A stretch of DNA of 63,525 nucleotides, counting the filler, from Globobulimina sp. (Eukaryota), in the NCBI GenBank assembly GCA_003354225.1. It is 51 parts of 51 records of this genome, joined end to end, with 100 filler letters (N's around TTAATTAATTAA, not from the genome) between each part and the next. Parts side by side here need not be neighbours in the genome. Positions count along the whole stretch, not along the records: positions 58,638 to 59,784 come from PIVH01022376.1; positions 59,885 to 61,031 come from PIVH01022377.1; positions 61,132 to 62,278 come from PIVH01022378.1; positions 62,379 to 63,525 come from PIVH01022379.1; 47 more parts are not named here. The stretch is one strand, 5' to 3'. Position numbers and translations under genes: made by a program. Shown here piece after piece: positions 59,350 through 63,525 of this stretch. The notes below the pieces were generated by a model. The model was given only the letters and a program-made list of their open reading frames with translations, ran no database searches and was not told the origin of the DNA. Every line of letters starts with the position of its first letter. The first letter of the stretch is position 1.

Positions 59350-59884
59350 GATGTTAATTGAAGGAATATAGCTATTCTTCAAAGTGTTATCGATTGAATT
59401 AATCGTTGTTGATTTAGTTTATTTGCAATCTTACGAAGCAAATTGTAATTGATGAGGTATTTTCCAACGAATGGATATAAGGGGGAGACGTGAGTCTAAA
59501 CGTAAAGTTTAGAGACGAGATTCACTCTTCAACGGAATAATAAAACAATTGTTAATTAAATTAGTGACTAGTTTCGTCCAAAAAAAGGACTGATTCACAC
59601 TTTATAAACTAAGGTGAAGGGAAATACTTAAAGTTTCTTGATAAAATGTCAAAAAAACTTTGAGTCGAATACAGCTGCATTTGGTTTGCAAACTGTACAT
59701 TTACTATTGATTTTGCAATTAACTTTATATTGATCAAGATGTATACAAAGTGGGATGGGTACAACAATGTAATGCATGTATCAANNNNNNNNNNNNNNNN
59801 NNNNNNNNNNNNNNNNNNNNNNNNNNNNTTAATTAATTAANNNNNNNNNNNNNNNNNNNNNNNNNNNNNNNNNNNNNNNNNNNN

Positions 59885-60664
59885 GATGGTGCGTACTATC
59901 GATTTCGCTACAGTAATGACAATGGGGGTTCCTGGGAAAATATCAAAGACAAGAGAGTCGCTCGTCATCCTTCGCCCTGGATTTCAACTATCAATAGAAG
60001 CCCTGATAATGATGGGTGGTTCAGTGTAAACGACTATAACTTGGATGTGGCTAATAATAGTCTAACTGCTCTCGTTCATTGGAATAGCGCAGGAAAGAAC
60101 GGGGATTATATTCTCAGACTTGAAGTGGCAAAAGCAAACAAAACACTGCTCTGTAAAGATGAGGTTTCTATCAAGCTTTATAACTCGGGTATTGAACTCC
60201 TCGAGTTCGGTGGAACACCCGCACCGTTGCCGGCTGAAGGAGTTGTTGTGAAAAACAGCGATGGTGACTACAAAAAATGTGCGACCTTTGCTGCAGACGA
60301 AGAGATTAAAATCTGGGGTAATTTCAGGGATGCCTATTTCAGAAATTTTAGCCTGACAGTATTTGGCGGAAATATTGCAGCGTCCGGCGTCGGAATAGGT
60401 TCCGGCAGATATGATTCCGGAATATCGGGAATTGATAATACGGGAATCATTGGAGCCTATGATGGCGGACCGGGTCTTAAAATAGACGCTCTGAACTTAT
60501 GCGACATTATGCAAACTCCCTGTATGGTTAAATGTGCCTATGGAATACAGCTTACGGTATGGGACAGGGAAATTGTTGGTTACGTCAGAGGATATGAGTT
60601 TGATACATATCGTCACAAAAACCAAGCCTACGTAACTTTTGATTGGGACCCAACAGGTTGTTAA
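59885..60664 (+). CDS. Probably bacterial hypothetical beta-rich protein (5'-partial)
   Basis: Frame open from contig start; higher GC and different codon usage; no introns. Confidence 0.6.
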   Translation, partial: DGAYYRFRYSNDNGGSWENIKDKRVARHPSPWISTINRSPDNDGWFSVNDYNLDVANNSLTALVHWNSAGKNGDYILRLEVAKANKTLLCKDEVSIKLYNSGIELLEFGGTPAPLPAEGVVVKNSDGDYKKCATFAADEEIKIWGNFRDAYFRNFSLTVFGGNIAASGVGIGSGRYDSGISGIDNTGIIGAYDGGPGLKIDALNLCDIMQTPCMVKCAYGIQLTVWDREIVGYVRGYEFDTYRHKNQAYVTFDWDPTGC

Positions 60665-60668
60665 AATT

Positions 60669-60998
60669 TCAAACCGCCCCTGTGGCATTGATGGATTTGT
60701 TCGGCATTCGTTTATATTTTAATATCAAGTAAACGAGTTGAAACATCAAAATTGGTAGAGATACCATCATACAAAATAAGGCCATACTGGAACTTCCATC
60801 ATCGTAACCTTGGCTGATATACTCTCGTTTGGCTAAAAACCACTGACCTATCCAAAATAGAAACAAACCAATTACGGTTGGCATACTTAACAATTTCAAA
60901 AACTTGATGCTAAATCTATTCCCAGTATACCAAAATAATATCGGAGGACTATTAATACCAATCATTATTATAATAGCTGGAACTATCTCTAAATCCAT
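60669..60998 (-). CDS. Small membrane protein (about 3 TM), probably bacterial
   Basis: 109-aa hydrophobic ORF convergent with the previous gene. Confidence 0.55.
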   Translation of the reverse strand: MDLEIVPAIIIMIGINSPPILFWYTGNRFSIKFLKLLSMPTVIGLFLFWIGQWFLAKREYISQGYDDGSSSMALFCMMVSLPILMFQLVYLILKYKRMPNKSINATGAV

Positions 60999-61206
60999 AG
61001 TTTATATGCCTATCACGGGTGACACTGGCAANNNNNNNNNNNNNNNNNNNNNNNNNNNNNNNNNNNNNNNNNNNNTTAATTAATTAANNNNNNNNNNNNN
61101 NNNNNNNNNNNNNNNNNNNNNNNNNNNNNNNTCATACTGGTTATGGAAGTACACCAAATGTCACAGTGTAAACTCAATGTTTTTGCTCAAAATGTAAAAA
61201 ACTATT

Positions 61207-62193
61207 ATGCTAACTCGTCTGTGCACGAATCTGGAACAAATCCTGCTCCACGATCCCGGCCAACGTGGAATTAAACATTTATTCATCGCTGGAGACCTGT
61301 ACAGGTCACTATATTTATTAAGTCATGCAACGAGTCACATTGTATTAGGCACCGGTTTTCCTGTCACAGACTTTGATCCTCCAACAGAATCGGATGGACC
61401 TTCAGGCTGTATGATTTTAGCATATTCATTACTGAAACATTACTCAGACAGGAAAGTCACCATAATTTATGATCCGGTGCATGAAGCTGTCCTCAATCGT
61501 TTAACAGACGCATTCAATCAGCAATTTCATGACTTGCCGCAAAATGCAGGAATTGAGCAAAACTTAGTTGCATTTAATACAAAGGACATTGAAAATGGTG
61601 AACACTTTTTCAGTTTGCAGCAATTCCAAGATGTGGATCATATGATATCTGTGGAGCTGGGCGGACCCAATAAAGCTGGAAGGAACAAGACCATGCACAA
61701 TGTCGATATCACAGATCGCTGTGGGATCACTGGAGGGATATTTGACTATGCATTTAAACACAATAAATGTGCAACAACCGGCATTGGTGATGGTGGGAAT
61801 GAGGTTGGAATGGGAAAAGTAATTGGAAATGTTGAAGAACATGTTGTTAATGGTGCGGATATTGGCTGTGTGGTCGCAACACAGTTTTTAGTCTGCGCAG
61901 GTGTTTCAAACTGGGGCGCGGAGGCCATAGCAATGGGATTGCATTTGAATGATGTTATGAATACATTGAATACGGATGCGGAGATATTTTGTTCTGATGC
62001 ATTCCATGAAAAAATGTATATGTTAGCTGCCGAGTTTGGTGCTGCTGATGCAGTGAGGTCCAGACTTTTAAAAAAGAAAGTGGTGGATGGTGGTGTTGAT
62101 GGAATGGAATATAGTGTGCATAAGGAAATGTGGCAACAGTTATGCCAAATCACACAAACTCAACAAGACGCAATGTTTCCAAAAATTCAGTAA
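61207..62193 (+). CDS. D-glutamate cyclase family (DUF4392) protein
   Basis: DPGQRGI, TGFP, ESDGPSG, TTGIGDGGNEVGMG, AGVSNWG, VDG motifs; complete ORF. Confidence 0.88.
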   Translation: MLTRLCTNLEQILLHDPGQRGIKHLFIAGDLYRSLYLLSHATSHIVLGTGFPVTDFDPPTESDGPSGCMILAYSLLKHYSDRKVTIIYDPVHEAVLNRLTDAFNQQFHDLPQNAGIEQNLVAFNTKDIENGEHFFSLQQFQDVDHMISVELGGPNKAGRNKTMHNVDITDRCGITGGIFDYAFKHNKCATTGIGDGGNEVGMGKVIGNVEEHVVNGADIGCVVATQFLVCAGVSNWGAEAIAMGLHLNDVMNTLNTDAEIFCSDAFHEKMYMLAAEFGAADAVRSRLLKKKVVDGGVDGMEYSVHKEMWQQLCQITQTQQDAMFPKIQ

Positions 62194-62490
62194 TCAATTG
62201 TTTCTCAAACGTTTTTGATATCACTGAAGCTTGAGGTTTTTCACTCAAATTAAATTAAAAGCATTTGTAAAGTTGTAANNNNNNNNNNNNNNNNNNNNNN
62301 NNNNNNNNNNNNNNNNNNNNNNTTAATTAATTAANNNNNNNNNNNNNNNNNNNNNNNNNNNNNNNNNNNNNNNNNNNNACTTTTTTTGACATCTGTCATA
62401 ATCTCACATTTATGTATGAAATTATACGCATCATAATCTCTATAATTATAAGCATCATTCTATCTTTCTACAATTGGAACAATTTCATTT

Positions 62491-63426
62491 ATGTTGCGCA
62501 TTTATAAAAAATACTTTGGTGCATTATGGTTGATGTTGTATTTGATTGCCATAGCTATGTTTTGTGTGTATTCAATGTATAATTCAAACAATATCAATGC
62601 GATTACTGTATCACACCACCAATCAAAGCTCATTAGAACATCAGAAAAAACAAATATTGATGTTGCGTTTGTTTTTAATGGCTTAGTGCGATCGCTTCAA
62701 TTTACTATCGACAGTTTAAATGGTATGGTATTTGATGTGATGGATGCAAATAACATTACATATCATAAATATATGCATACCTACACAATAAATGGTGAAT
62801 ATAAAAATATACGAAATGGTGTGTCCGATATGAAACTTGATCCGTTGGGATACAAATTATTGAATCCGGATTTTATTTTGACAGACGATCAAAACATAAT
62901 ATTATCACAATTAAACGTTACAAAATACAGATCCCGCGGTGATGCGTGGAATAACGGATTTGCGTCAACTGATAATTTTATATTAGCGACGTATTCGAGA
63001 TATTTAATTACAACATTATTACAAAAAAATACGCAATCTTTATTTCAATATAAATATATTATGTTTATCAGAAGCGATGTTTTATTCAAACAAGCATTTA
63101 ATATCAATTATTTTAACATGATACGTAACGACAAAGATGTTTTAATCCCCGATTGGGGCCATTGGGGCGGATTTAATGATCGTTGGACATTATGTTCACA
63201 AGATATTGGAATAAAATATGGATTTGAATATGAAAAACTATATGGATTCTCATTAATACATCCTGCTCATTCTGAACAATTTAAAAAATACATTCTGGAT
63301 GAATTGCAAGTAAATGTTATAACTGTTCCGTTTTATTTTGCAAGGATTAGACCGAACGGTCAGATAGATTCTAAAGACTGTGATATGGCGAATCAAGCAG
63401 ATAAACAAAAATTTGTGTCTTGTTAG
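62491..63426 (+). CDS. Type II membrane glycosyltransferase-like protein
   Basis: TM anchor; VA..F.GL.RS, FIRSD, GFNDR, HSE motifs of an uncharacterised GT-A-like family. Confidence 0.6.
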   Translation: MLRIYKKYFGALWLMLYLIAIAMFCVYSMYNSNNINAITVSHHQSKLIRTSEKTNIDVAFVFNGLVRSLQFTIDSLNGMVFDVMDANNITYHKYMHTYTINGEYKNIRNGVSDMKLDPLGYKLLNPDFILTDDQNIILSQLNVTKYRSRGDAWNNGFASTDNFILATYSRYLITTLLQKNTQSLFQYKYIMFIRSDVLFKQAFNINYFNMIRNDKDVLIPDWGHWGGFNDRWTLCSQDIGIKYGFEYEKLYGFSLIHPAHSEQFKKYILDELQVNVITVPFYFARIRPNGQIDSKDCDMANQADKQKFVSC

Positions 63427-63525
63427 TGTGTGTTTGTGTCATTTTTTAAACATTAAATATATTGGTTGTTTATATTTGTGTTTGTGTTTGGAGTGGAATT
63501 AATTCTTTGTTGATAAGGCAGTGAA

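Noticed and set aside
1149..62378. Regularly spaced TTAATTAATTAA repeats with ~1.15-kb unique inserts, resembling an integron cassette array, CRISPR or nanochromosome set
   Set aside because: The repeat is embedded in N runs, has stops in all six frames and separates length-sorted contigs; it is an assembly linker.
1..63525. A multi-gene defence or biosynthetic island (TA, ART, vWA, RT/RNase H, deaminase)
   Set aside because: These genes lie on separate contigs from different organisms, so adjacency is artificial.

Overview
This window is not one genomic locus. It is 51 unrelated short contigs (28 of 1148 bp, then 23 of 1147 bp, so sorted by length) joined by an artificial 100-bp spacer (44 N + TTAATTAATTAA + 44 N). 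Gene neighbourhood therefore means nothing across spacers. Most contigs come from an AT-rich, gene-dense eukaryote using the standard genetic code, with short (54-134 nt) GT-AG introns. The gene families (SAM, MATH, C-type lectin, ART-like, Cys-rich secreted proteins, many glycosyl/sulfotransferases) suggest a foraminiferan or other rhizarian protist; this is inference. Recognisable genes include NCKAP1, a CLASP-like TOG protein, an ADA-like deaminase, D-glutamate cyclase, a CNBD-type K+ channel, GT17/GT47/GT71 enzymes, a CaMKK-like kinase, MFS transporters and a vWA protein. Mobile DNA includes a DIRS/Ngaro RT-RNase H fragment, a non-LTR-type RNase H and a clear 624-bp MITE. At least two contigs are bacterial, one carrying a BrnT-like toxin-antitoxin pair. 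Several contigs look like bacterial/eukaryote chimeras (holB, cheR), as expected from whole-genome amplification. I cannot support a new multi-gene system here. The best leads are: introns whose 5' ends are degenerate copies of the downstream exon (possible intron gain by local duplication); an inverted repeat resembling the 5S rRNA 5' end next to a repeat array; the MITE; inverted heptamer arrays beside the bacterial TA locus; and eukaryotic homologues of bacterial DUF5692 and DUF3472. All family assignments are from motif recognition, not database searches.
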